Made by a program: the position numbers and the translations under genes | The notes under the pieces: model-generated | What the model was told of the DNA's origin: nothing | The model's input: only the letters and a program-made list of their open reading frames with translations | The model's database searches: none | Part shown: positions 21,448 to 30,974 of the stretch, piece by piece | How positions within the stretch are numbered: position 1 is the first letter of the stretch | Layout: every line of letters starts with the position of its first letter | Assembly (NCBI GenBank): GCA_965197925.1 | Contig: CBDAOC010000020.1 | Coordinates: 992,001 to 1,056,000 of the forward strand | DNA from: Nitrososphaerales archaeon | Lineage (GTDB): Archaea; Thermoproteota; Nitrososphaeria; Nitrososphaerales; UBA213 | Reading direction: 5' to 3' | Length of the DNA: 64,000 nucleotides

Positions 21448-22803
21448 ATGAGTGAAGTGAAACCCCCTTTTACTCCCGAACAAAAAGACTATATGGTCAA
21501 TAGATCCATTAATCTTCTTCTCTCTGACTTTGAAAAACCTGAAGCAACCCCTGAAATCGGCTATACTCTTGCCTCCGATCCCGACAAGATAAAAACTGTT
21601 TTCAGTATGATGTTTCTACGGCAGTTTCTTTTTCTAACTAGAGAACTTTTGAATTCTGTAATCCCTCTGATATTAAGACGATTGGTTAGCCTGTCACAAC
21701 GAGTCGAACATGAGTATGAAGGGTTCATAAAGGGAAATGTGAACTGGCATAAAACGATTCTGGCACAGTTAGAAAAAGAGGGCGTGTTTGTTGTAAGGAA
21801 ACCTACAAGAGAATTTTTGACTCCAGAGAATACACTACTAGCCTTGACACTTCGAGAAGTAAATATTCATACAGGAGATCTGATCAGTTTCTTTAAACCA
21901 AACTTGATAGTCGAAAGAGAAAAACTTAGGAAGATAAAGTTAGTCTCACAAAAATATTACCAAAATATCTATTTGCAGTCTTGTGTTGAAAGAGCGACCA
22001 AATTTCTTAATCTAGAAAGGAACTTTCTACGAAACAAACTTGCAAAGAATATGTCGAGTCACACTGAAAGATATCAGATGTTCTGTGATTACGCAGAGAA
22101 AGCAATCGTAAGACGCAGGATTGTCAATAAGAGTTACTTAGACTTGCTTGTATGGAGAAGGGCCTATGCTGATTTGGTAAATGGATTTGCATCACTGAGT
22201 AAGAAAGAGTTCTTGCAAAGAAAATGGGAAGACGACAGACTTTATGAAATATGGGCTTTCTGTGAAATACTTGCTAGTGCGAAACGTTGGAAAGTTAACG
22301 TCAAACCCTTCAGCGCTCTGTACCAGAGTCGAGGCAGACCTCTTTATTACCTGGGAACACTGGAAACAAATCCTGTATATTATAACACATCGCTTGAAAT
22401 AGAAAGTAGTAAAGAAATTATTCCTGAACTGGAACTCCAACTACAACGACTTTTCGTACGAGGCAGCAGGCCAGATATGATCGTTGCTAATACGGTTTCG
22501 CCATATTCCTCTATAATTATCGACATGAAGAATTACCTTGACACTAAAGGAGATGCATATGTTAAAGTCCTTGGCTATATGAAGAACTATAACGTGCAGA
22601 ATGGTGCAGTGGTTTATCCGGTCGATATTAAACATAAAGATTTGGTCAATCCTGTTGAAGAGTTGCCTAACTTTGTTCGTACCGAGGTTTTAAATGGGAA
22701 TTTTATAGCATTAACATTGAAACCTGGAAGAGATTTCGAGAATATGAACAGTATTGGTCTCAAAAAGTTTACAGAATTTCTTGCTGATAAAGTGTTGAAC
22801 TAG
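21448..22803 (+). CDS. mcrC: McrC-like PD-(D/E)xK nuclease
   Basis: Starts 4 nt after the McrB stop; KGNVNWHKT, TPENTLL, LYEIW and RPD...IIDMKNY motifs. Confidence 0.75.
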   Translation: MSEVKPPFTPEQKDYMVNRSINLLLSDFEKPEATPEIGYTLASDPDKIKTVFSMMFLRQFLFLTRELLNSVIPLILRRLVSLSQRVEHEYEGFIKGNVNWHKTILAQLEKEGVFVVRKPTREFLTPENTLLALTLREVNIHTGDLISFFKPNLIVEREKLRKIKLVSQKYYQNIYLQSCVERATKFLNLERNFLRNKLAKNMSSHTERYQMFCDYAEKAIVRRRIVNKSYLDLLVWRRAYADLVNGFASLSKKEFLQRKWEDDRLYEIWAFCEILASAKRWKVNVKPFSALYQSRGRPLYYLGTLETNPVYYNTSLEIESSKEIIPELELQLQRLFVRGSRPDMIVANTVSPYSSIIIDMKNYLDTKGDAYVKVLGYMKNYNVQNGAVVYPVDIKHKDLVNPVEELPNFVRTEVLNGNFIALTLKPGRDFENMNSIGLKKFTEFLADKVLN

Positions 22804-23141
22804 GTTTCTATTTAAGGAGGCCTAGCGTTGGACTGAGGAACTTGACTAGAAAAGCCAAGAATTGTTTGTTTCTTGGTTCAGCGAATTTTGTAGATTCCTT
22901 CTGTTCCAGGGTGAACTCTGCTTATGAAGCATCAAATAGTGAAACAGTTTCTTTTCCCTACACAATACTCAGCCAAGTTCTGTATGTTGATCTTAGCAAT
23001 TGTAATCTCTTCCATTCTTTGATACCAATCTAACTTTATAATCTGTGACAGAGAGTGATTTGTAATATTTTATGAAAAAATGGTAGAACGATTTCCCACA
23101 ACTTTATTATCAAATAAGGAATTTTCCATATAATCTAATGC

Positions 23142-23750
23142 TTACTTAATTTTGCCTAGCTTATTAAGAGCTATATCTTTGTTATTCAATGCTTTAGCAT
23201 CATCAGGATCTATAGCCAGAGCTTTATCAAAATACGTAATAGATTCCTCATAACTGCCTAATTGACCAAGAGATGTTCCCTTGTTATACAATGTATAAGC
23301 ATCGTTAGGATCTATATCCAGAGCTTTATCAAAATACGTAATAGCATCCTGAGATCTACCTAAACTATCAAGAGCTATACCTTTGTTATTCAATGCTTTA
23401 GCATCGTTAAGATCTTGTTCAAGAATGCGATCGTATCGTTCTATAGCTTTATCATATTTCTTAGCATAATAGTAAGAGTTCGCTTCCTTTAGAAGATAAT
23501 CTATATCAATAGGCAACTTTTGATTCAATTTCTCAAGTTCTGTTCTCAACCTCTGAATTTCTTTATCACGTTTCTCAAGTTCACTCAGAAATTCCTCAGA
23601 AACGTCTACTTGTTTGTCCGGAGTTATCTGGTTTTCAATTCCTTTTGCCGTCATCATGATTTTTTGATTTTCTATCACTTTGTATATCATCTGTTCTATT
23701 GTGTTAACATGGTTGTCAACACTACTAACACCTTGAGCAACTTCCGTCAC
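23142..23750 (-). CDS. Tetratricopeptide repeat protein (possibly 5'-truncated)
   Basis: 34-aa repeats NNKGIAL..LG...AI.YFDKAL.IDP; 102-nt DNA repeats. Confidence 0.85.
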   Translation of the reverse strand: MTEVAQGVSSVDNHVNTIEQMIYKVIENQKIMMTAKGIENQITPDKQVDVSEEFLSELEKRDKEIQRLRTELEKLNQKLPIDIDYLLKEANSYYYAKKYDKAIERYDRILEQDLNDAKALNNKGIALDSLGRSQDAITYFDKALDIDPNDAYTLYNKGTSLGQLGSYEESITYFDKALAIDPDDAKALNNKDIALNKLGKIK

Positions 23751-24087
23751 ACCTTTTCTAATATCCTTCCTTTCCTCCTTAGCTAACTGTAATTCATCGA
23801 GTATTCTAGAACTGAAAGTAACAATTCAGTTTTGGTAAAGAATGTGTGTAAGAACTGTAGTACCGAGAACGCAATTTACTGGCAAAAAACAAACGCTTAA
23901 TCTACAAGATGAAGAGTTCTAGTTTGTGATGTTTACTAGTAAGCCAATTTACCAATGAAGCATATACTGCATTTTGGACTAGAACTATGCAAGCGTGGTC
24001 TTAAATACTCACGCACAAAATTTGATTAACAATTATTTTATGCGAGTTTCACAATTAATTTGAACATGGCAAAATTATCTGAAGACA

Positions 24088-24170
24088 TCATTCTATGCAT
24101 ATTGTAAGCAATTACCCTAATGTTAATTCCCTGCTCTGCATCTTAACAAGTCTTGATGTTACATGCTCTC
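24088..24170 (-). mobile_element. Inverted 3' relic of the same IS5-type transposase
   Basis: Reverse complement matches about 25003-25085. Confidence 0.65.
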
Positions 24171-25118
24171 GGCTCTGTAGAAACCATGGATTTTAGCCCA
24201 TTGTATATCGAATTGCACCATTGGATCAATGTGTTACGTGCCATGCATCCTATGCATGAAAGAGTCTAGATATGTCAAACTTGCCAAAACTATGTTGAAT
24301 GTGGTAATGAAGGCCAGAATTCCTCCATACATGCACAGGAAGGGCAACCACATCCATACGGTCTGGCAGCATACCATCCTGCTGGCATTCAGGCAGCATG
24401 AAGGGAAGAGCTGCAGAAGGTTTGTGGAATGGTTGCATGAAGCATGTCATCCCGGAATGTTTATGCAGCTAGGCAGGGTGCCACATTATACAACGCTCCA
24501 GAAGTTTGCCTCAGGAATCAATGGCACCCTGCTGTACAGAATGGCATCCTCATTCATACTTCTCACCAAGATTAGAAAATTGTTGGTAGGAATAGACGCT
24601 TCCGGATTCAGATCCAGCAATGCATCATCATACTATACGGATAGAACAGGGATAAGGAAGAAGTACATCAAGCTATCGATAGGTGCTGAATTAAGAGAGC
24701 AATAGCTGTATTGAAGATAAAAAGCACCTAAACACGATACCATAAATTTAAACACATTATGGAAAGAGCATCAAACATAATGCCACTCTAAAGTTGTAGC
24801 AGACAAGGGTTATGATAGCGAAGCAAATCATGAATTTGTACGAGAACTTGATGCTGTCAGTATAATACCAGCTAGATATGAAGATGTTCCAATATGGAGA
24901 ACGCATGGAAGATATAGGAAGCAAATGAAGAGGAAGTTCTATACACATCTATACTATCAAAGAAACAAGAATGAGACTGTCTGTGGTAAAGAGGATGTTT
25001 GGTGACCATATAGCATCAAGAATGGTGAAGATGCAGAACAGGGAATTAACATTTAGGGTAATTGCTTACAATATGCACAGAATGACTGACCGTCTATATA
25101 GTATGGTTTCTACAGAGC
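24171..25118 (+). mobile_element. IS5-family element with an inactivated transposase
   Basis: TIRs GGCTCTGTAGAAACCAT / ATGGTTTCTACAGAGC; PHYTTLQKF, IDASGF, ADKGYD and RNKNET motifs interrupted by stops and frameshifts. Confidence 0.85.
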
Positions 25119-25134
25119 TGATATTTCCTTGCAT

Positions 25135-26466
25135 CTACTCCCTCAAATGAGGTGCGGAACCATTGTGGTAATATCCTATAGCGCACCGCATGCTGCAAAA
25201 GTAATCGTAGTTCTCGTCCTTAATTTCTGGTGGATTGTGATAGTAACAAACGTCCTGCATGAGTATGGCCTCTGCAGTTGTGCGTGCGTACACCTTCAAC
25301 AGCGTGTTGACATCATCCCATCCCATTGATGCTACAAGGGTTGCATTACTTGCGGTCCTCCGCATCGCTGCATGCGCCCCGCTGTGCCTTAACACGTATA
25401 CGGGCTTGTTTGCCCAGTACCATTCATCCGTTCCTTTGGGATAATTCCACTTTTGGTGCATGCCATTGTGCTCGTCGTAATGCGCCCTGTCAATTTTGCC
25501 CAGGGATATGTAATAATCACTCAGTGCAGATGCAAGCTCGCTCTCCAGTGCAATGACACGGGCATTACTGCCAACGTCGTTAGTACAGAACGTTGCACCG
25601 TGCTTCACACGCTTGATTATTTCAATCACCTTGGGATGTATTGCCATCTTGTCAAAGGCACGATCTGTCTTGGACTCGTATAACGACATGATTGCGTACT
25701 CACCATGAACGCCCTTGGCATCGATTGGTCTGATCTCGAATTTGTTCACCATCGTGATTCCCGTCTTGGTCCTGGGAAAGACCTCGTGCAGCACTCCAAA
25801 TAATTCCTCAAAGCCATAACCACGCATGAACTTGAGCCCCCGTTCAAACTCCCTGTCCGTAAGCTTCACGTTGGCATATGCACCAAAACGCTTCTTCTTG
25901 CCTGACATGATGCCCGTGATGCCACGTGGAATGGCAATGCCATTCCTAATCATGAAATTACGGGTTGATGATGTGTAACGTGTTATCTCCCTGGAACTGA
26001 AATCGATGTTATTGAGTTGACGTGCGTACCTTGCCTCGCCTGCCTTGAGCCTTCTTTCAAACTCCTTTAGCAGGGCAACGCTTGTGTCAATATCCTGGAG
26101 AAGTGCGTCAGGGTGAATGTTCAGCGTGTTGCATACGACGTTCAGGCCTTGTATCATATGATTAACCGATACCGCTGGCTGCCCATTCTTTCCAGCGGTC
26201 ATCAAGTCGTTGAACCATTTCTGGACTGATGGAATTTGTAAAAATTCAGACCTTGCCATTTCTGCATATTGTACCTGCTTCCTGTCCTGTTCTGACCTGA
26301 GTAGATGACCAGTATTGGGGTCTTTTTGAAGTTTCCCAGCCTTGACTAATTTATTCCATTCTAACCATACCCATTGTTCTGAACGATTCATAAGGGAGGC
26401 AATTTCACTCCTGCTCTTTGATGAGATGCCTTTGGACTTGTTGCCGATTGTATGCTCATATACCAT
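25135..26466 (-). CDS. Divergent tyrosine recombinase / integrase
   Basis: FPRTK (R), ESKT (K), YVLRHSG (box B), MGWDD...KVYA (W and catalytic Y); visibly more GC-rich than the flanks. Confidence 0.75.
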   Translation of the reverse strand: MVYEHTIGNKSKGISSKSRSEIASLMNRSEQWVWLEWNKLVKAGKLQKDPNTGHLLRSEQDRKQVQYAEMARSEFLQIPSVQKWFNDLMTAGKNGQPAVSVNHMIQGLNVVCNTLNIHPDALLQDIDTSVALLKEFERRLKAGEARYARQLNNIDFSSREITRYTSSTRNFMIRNGIAIPRGITGIMSGKKKRFGAYANVKLTDREFERGLKFMRGYGFEELFGVLHEVFPRTKTGITMVNKFEIRPIDAKGVHGEYAIMSLYESKTDRAFDKMAIHPKVIEIIKRVKHGATFCTNDVGSNARVIALESELASALSDYYISLGKIDRAHYDEHNGMHQKWNYPKGTDEWYWANKPVYVLRHSGAHAAMRRTASNATLVASMGWDDVNTLLKVYARTTAEAILMQDVCYYHNPPEIKDENYDYFCSMRCAIGYYHNGSAPHLRE

Positions 26467-26531
26467 CTGGGTTAGTTGCTGTTGATCTTCCTCGCCACCG
26501 GCACGGTTCTTCTGCCAGGAGAATCTAGTTC

Positions 26532-26675
26532 TTATGTTCCCTCACCTTGACGGCATTCCATGCACAAAAATTCACGATCGGCTGGATTCGAGCAGTCACA
26601 CCTCTCTATCGTGCTGTGAAAGTTGCATCCAGTGCATCTTATCTCATGTTCATGTGTTAATACATTGGTAGTCAT
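26532..26675 (-). CDS. Small Cys-rich zinc-binding protein, 47 aa (not in the ORF track)
   Basis: MTTNVLTHEHEIRCTGCNFHSTIERCDCSNPADREFLCMECRQGEGT; start overlaps the upstream stop (ATGA). Confidence 0.65.
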   Translation of the reverse strand: MTTNVLTHEHEIRCTGCNFHSTIERCDCSNPADREFLCMECRQGEGT

Positions 26676-26827
26676 GCTTCGGCCTCAAGATTTTCGAGTT
26701 TTTCACGTAAGGCTAAATCGATGAATTGAGTTGGATTGGACATTGTAGGATCTATGTTTCTATCTACAATTGATTCTATTTTTTCTAATATAGCTGTTCG
26801 AACTTGTACACCACTCCATTTTTTCAT
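26672..26827 (-). CDS. Small ribbon-helix-helix protein, 51 aa (not in the ORF track)
   Basis: MKKWSGVQVRTAILEKIESIVDRNIDPTMSNPTQFIDLALREKLENLEAEA; strand-helix-helix pattern. Confidence 0.75.
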   Translation of the reverse strand: MKKWSGVQVRTAILEKIESIVDRNIDPTMSNPTQFIDLALREKLENLEAEA

Positions 26828-26844
26828 ACGATAACCTTATCGTA
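26827..26844. promoter_or_regulatory. Perfect palindrome, putative operator
   Basis: TACGATAA-CC-TTATCGTA lies between the leftward TATA box (TTTATATA on minus, about 26850-26857) and the RHH start. Confidence 0.65.
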
Positions 26845-26927
26845 CTCCATATATAAATTGTACGCTAAATTTATCATAAATAATTTACAGCTAAACAAAT
26901 ATACAAATTTTGTGAGAAGATTATGAT

Positions 26928-27314
26928 ATGGTAAAAAGCGATTGGAGGACAGTAAATGTGAAAAAATCTCTACTTGAACAAATTGAAAAAATACTATACA
27001 GTGATGAAGTAAAAAAAGAAGGCATCACAAATATGTCCCAATTTATAGATTCGGCATTAAAGGAAAAAATCGAAGACATAGAACAAAAACGCATGAATCA
27101 TCTCAACATGTATGATGACCACATAAAAATTATGGACAACAATCTTGGCAAAATAGGCAGAATCGTATCTGTATACTTTAAAAAAGGAAATAAGCCGTGG
27201 TGTGATTACTGTGAGGAATCAGATTGCATCCATGTCCAGTACGCATGGGAGATTGCAGACGTGCGAAAGATTCTGGAAAAACATAGATTTAGTCCTCCTC
27301 CGTCAAGGGTATAG
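26928..27314 (+). CDS. RHH regulator with a C-terminal SWIM-like zinc finger
   Basis: WRTVNVKKSLLEQIE...SQFIDSALKEK (RHH); CDYC...CIH. Confidence 0.75.
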   Translation: MVKSDWRTVNVKKSLLEQIEKILYSDEVKKEGITNMSQFIDSALKEKIEDIEQKRMNHLNMYDDHIKIMDNNLGKIGRIVSVYFKKGNKPWCDYCEESDCIHVQYAWEIADVRKILEKHRFSPPPSRV

Positions 27315-27351
27315 TTATTGAAAATAAGATACCTAATGCTGGAATGATATA

Positions 27352-27744
27352 TTAAAGAAAGAATCTATAGCGTTGATATGTTGTCATGGGCATAAGCCAA
27401 GGTTTCATGTCGTAAAAGGTTCTGCATCCAGAGTGCGATGATCTTGATTGGAATCTTGTAAGTAGTTCTATTGTGACAGAAATGTTGTCCTCCGGGAACA
27501 GAAGGAACCTTTCCGCCTGCCGCTTGTACTGTCTTGCAGCGATGTTCAGGATGCTTATCAGCCACTTCTTATTTTTTTTGTATAGTCTGATCCTGTTTAA
27601 ACAGCACATGCATTTGTGTTCGGTTACTCTGGCATAATGCCCGCAATTCTCACAGAATATTATATGTCTTCTATGGTCCTTGAGGCTTGATTTGAATTTT
27701 CTGCAGTCGACCTGGATACTTATTCCTGCCCACCCTTGGGGCAA
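27352..27744 (-). pseudogene. Zinc-ribbon protein of the virus-like element, probably frameshifted
   Basis: CENC...CMCC motif; the C-terminus appears to continue in another frame. Confidence 0.45.
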
Positions 27745-28077
27745 ACATCTTATTGATGCCCTTCTTGCCCTTTACATCATCGTACTCATAGCGCACCTTG
27801 GTCTGTGTCAGCTCCTTTATCAAGGCACCATTGATTGACCTGGTCGCCGTTAGTGACCTGATGAACAGGTTGTAATAATCTCTTGCAAGGTGCCTTAGTT
27901 TCGGTGGCAATGCGTGAGCCAGTAACGGTATGTGCTCTATCTCAAAAACCGCCAGGGGAGGGCATCTGTGCTTATCATAGAGGAGTAGAGTTGCCTCATG
28001 GGATCTGGGTAGTAGCTATCGCCCTGCCTGTTGCTGTTGCTCTCCTGTATGAGTTCCATCAGCCTATCGCTGGACAA
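27671..28077 (-). pseudogene. Virus-like hypothetical protein, frameshifted near 27955
   Basis: TTG start at 28077 (MSSDRLMELIQ...) joins by frameshift to PLAVFEIEH...RSLTATRSINGALIKELTQT. Confidence 0.45.
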
Positions 28078-28168
28078 TGGTTGGTGTTATGCAGCATGTG
28101 GTTATGACGTTGAATTTTTCAGTTGGGCAATCGCCCTGTTAATGGTTCAGGTTCCAATGTGCGCATGT

Positions 28169-28663
28169 TCACATGGCATCAAGCCATTTTTTACCCTCAA
28201 CCTCGAAAGGGTCATTATTGATGGTAGTTGCGTTACGTCCTACAGGATGACCATAACCATAAAGCAGGCCGTCCGATGGTGGTGGATAGTTTCTCATAGT
28301 CTTACGCTTGCTTTTACTTTTACTCTTACCCTTCTTCTTCGTCTTCTTCATCTTCTTCGTCTTCTTCACCTCTACCCTGTATGGTGCAAATGGATTCCTA
28401 TTGGAGTCTGTCGCTTTCGCAATACGGTTAATTTCTTGTAGTTCACCGACCACACGACCTATTGGTGACTGTCTTGGATAAGTCCTCAAGGATTCTTTCT
28501 TTGCGGCTTCCCCTGCCCTCTTCGCAACTTCTTTCTTCATTTGCTTGGCCTTCGCTTCCTCATAAATGGCGTCAAGTTCCTTCTTGGTCTTGTATTTTAA
28601 AGCCTGCTTTTCCTTGTATTTTTTCGTGATGCTGCTTATCCTGTCTCTTATTCCTGCGGGCAA
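28169..28663 (-). CDS. Very lysine-rich basic protein
   Basis: 164 aa with a KKTKKMKKTKKKGKSKSKSKRK tract; TTG start preceded by the repeated promoter motif. Confidence 0.55.
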   Translation of the reverse strand: MPAGIRDRISSITKKYKEKQALKYKTKKELDAIYEEAKAKQMKKEVAKRAGEAAKKESLRTYPRQSPIGRVVGELQEINRIAKATDSNRNPFAPYRVEVKKTKKMKKTKKKGKSKSKSKRKTMRNYPPPSDGLLYGYGHPVGRNATTINNDPFEVEGKKWLDAM

Positions 28664-28925
28664 TGGTTGGTGTTATGCAACGTATGGTTATAATGTTGTA
28701 ATTTGGAAGCCTTGCCCTCCTCGCTATCCCTGCCTGGTGGTTTGGGTAGTTCGCACCGTGTTGGTTTTGGTAGGACGCTGTTTATTGCGTTGATGTATAA
28801 CATTATATCATACACCTTGTCCTGCTGGATGGCAGATACTATGCCCTGCCTGTACTGTTGTAGTGTCGTTGTAAGTATCCGTAGTAGGCCTGTGTTAGGT
28901 CGGTAGTAGTAGGGAGGGTGGTCAA
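28648..28925 (-). pseudogene. Virus-like hypothetical protein, likely frameshifted near the 5' end
   Basis: QYRQGIVSAIQQDKVYDIMLYINAINSVLP helical segment; possible TTG start at about 28925 in another frame. Confidence 0.35.
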
Positions 28926-28936
28926 TGATGTTGAAA

Positions 28937-29236
28937 GCATTAAAACATACTATATATATTATAAGCACTTCGTTCCTTCGTATCCACTGGCTACCCCCCC
29001 GAAAAATGTTAGTGTTACTTAACTTTTTATTTTATGTTAACTCTCCAGAACAGTTAATATCCCTAAATTTAGTTGTAGCGTTGTAAGTACAACGGTTTAC
29101 GCATTAAAACATACTATATATATTATAAGCACTTCGTTCCTTCGTATCCACTGGCTACCCCCCCGAAAAATGTTAGTGTTACTTAACTTTTTATTTTATG
29201 TTAACTCTCCAGAACAGTTAATATCCCTAAATTTAG
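28937..29236. repeat. Identical 136-bp direct repeat with a 28-bp spacer
   Basis: 28937-29072 equals 29101-29236. Confidence 0.9.
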
Positions 29237-29306
29237 GTAGCACAACTTTACGTAAAGGTGCGCTACCTAGTGCGCACTTTTTTGATAAAGGTGCGCTACC
29301 TAGGTA
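29234..29306. repeat. Iteron-like cluster of 17-18-bp direct and inverted repeats
   Basis: TAAAGGTGCGCTACCTAG at 29253 and 29286; inverted near-copy at 29234-29250; palindromes AGTGCGCACT and TACCTAGGTA. Confidence 0.8.
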
Positions 29307-29434
29307 CTCTACCTAATTTCAAAAACTGTGTTAGTTTATGTCCTATTTTATGGTAAACATAAAATAACACGCCTATCATCCCCGATATTAACACTTCTAG
29401 AACTAATTTATAACTTAGAAGTACAAAATATGTT

Positions 29435-30862
29435 ATGCGAGTGGGTTTAGCAATAATTCTTGCCGTGGTAATAGCAAGTTCAATTCTCTTGAATAGTTAT
29501 TCAATATTACCTCCGGCTTTTGGACATGGACTTGGGAAGCAAGAAACGCAGCCTCAAAATGTTGGCGATCGCATAGCTTTCATGATTGTGAAGATTGCCC
29601 CAGAATTGATAGAATATGGGGAATTGAAGGATATTATGTTAACAATGGAGTTAGTTGACGCTCAGACTGAGGAGAAGATACCAGGTACAGCTTATCATCT
29701 AATTATAGAGAAATTTGCTGATGACATATTACTGTTGGACGAAGCCTTTCATATCATGAGTGACAGCGATACACTTGTTATCAATTTCAAAACTTCTGAC
29801 GAGGGAGATGTAGTAGTAAATGGTATGAAGATAGGTGAAACCCTAGGTTACATGGCTTCTGAGGATGAACTTGTTGTTGAGGGTCCTATTTTCAACCAAC
29901 TGGGGTTGTATCGTTTTACGATCGAGGTTGTTGCAATGGAGGGTGAAACTTTGGATCGGGAAACAAGATCGACATATGAGGCCCTTATTACGCTTGCTGA
30001 GAGCAAGACCTACATTGTAACATACGATGAGGAGGAGTATAACTTGGAAACGATCTCGTATTTTGATAATATCGTAGATTTCAAGTTTGATCCTGACAGT
30101 AAGAGTATAAAGATGACAATGCCATTCAGGTGGCAGAAGGATTTCGTGGAGCAGATACCATTGTTGCATGCTGAGATCTTCATCCCAAAAGCGTTCTCAG
30201 AATTGGCGGGACAGGAGTTAGGTGGTTTGATAAATGGTATTGAAGATCCAATATTCGTTGACCGTTCTCCTCCGGACGAGGTGGTGGTTCACTATATGAC
30301 ACCGAACAACCGCCTGCTCAACCTTTCGGAATTGATCACCAATGATGGGATGGAGGATGATATAGTTGAATTTGGCCTTGTGAGTATGGGTGCTGTTGAA
30401 GAAGAAAATGGGAAACCCTTACCCATGCCAGTTCCAACAGGTGATTGGTCACTTGTAATGCAAACTTCCACTAGTGGTGAAAGTATTCTGGTTAAGGTTC
30501 AATGGTCACCATTAACCATCAAAACTGAGGAGGATGTTACCTTCAAGCTGGAGTTCATAGATCCTGATACAAAAGAGGAAATCGAGGACGTTAGATACGA
30601 CATAATGTTGTATGATCCTGATGAAAATCATGTGGATGCTTCACATAGGTCAAAGCAGACGACAGGTACCCAAAGCTACACATTTGATAGAGTTGGGACT
30701 TTTACACTGCTACTTACGAACGTGAATTTTAGTGGAGAAAGTGCAGAATTCCACCTGTCCGTCGTTCCCGAGTTTCCAGTTGGAGTCTTGATTGCAACCG
30801 GTGTTATGATAGCGGGTATGTTGGCATTGGTGAGGTTCAAAGGACCGGCAATCAAATTATAA
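29435..30862 (+). CDS. PEF-CTERM surface protein with predicted mature His1
   Basis: PAFG then HGLG; SYFD...MPFRW...HAE...VHY motifs; VVPEFP + TM. Confidence 0.85.
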   Translation: MRVGLAIILAVVIASSILLNSYSILPPAFGHGLGKQETQPQNVGDRIAFMIVKIAPELIEYGELKDIMLTMELVDAQTEEKIPGTAYHLIIEKFADDILLLDEAFHIMSDSDTLVINFKTSDEGDVVVNGMKIGETLGYMASEDELVVEGPIFNQLGLYRFTIEVVAMEGETLDRETRSTYEALITLAESKTYIVTYDEEEYNLETISYFDNIVDFKFDPDSKSIKMTMPFRWQKDFVEQIPLLHAEIFIPKAFSELAGQELGGLINGIEDPIFVDRSPPDEVVVHYMTPNNRLLNLSELITNDGMEDDIVEFGLVSMGAVEEENGKPLPMPVPTGDWSLVMQTSTSGESILVKVQWSPLTIKTEEDVTFKLEFIDPDTKEEIEDVRYDIMLYDPDENHVDASHRSKQTTGTQSYTFDRVGTFTLLLTNVNFSGESAEFHLSVVPEFPVGVLIATGVMIAGMLALVRFKGPAIKL

Positions 30863-30974
30863 GATAATTCCATGCCTGATTTTGCCAAAATTTGTATTTG
30901 AAATAACATAATCATTACCACTGTAATCATAATGGGAGCGGTCTTTATACTATTATTTGAATTTGCATATAATT

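Noticed and set aside
23160..23410. 102-bp DNA repeats as a non-coding array
   Set aside because: Fully explained by TPR coding repeats
28937..29316. Possible CRISPR array, given the cas1 fragment elsewhere
   Set aside because: Only two 136-bp copies and a few 18-mers; no regular repeat-spacer series
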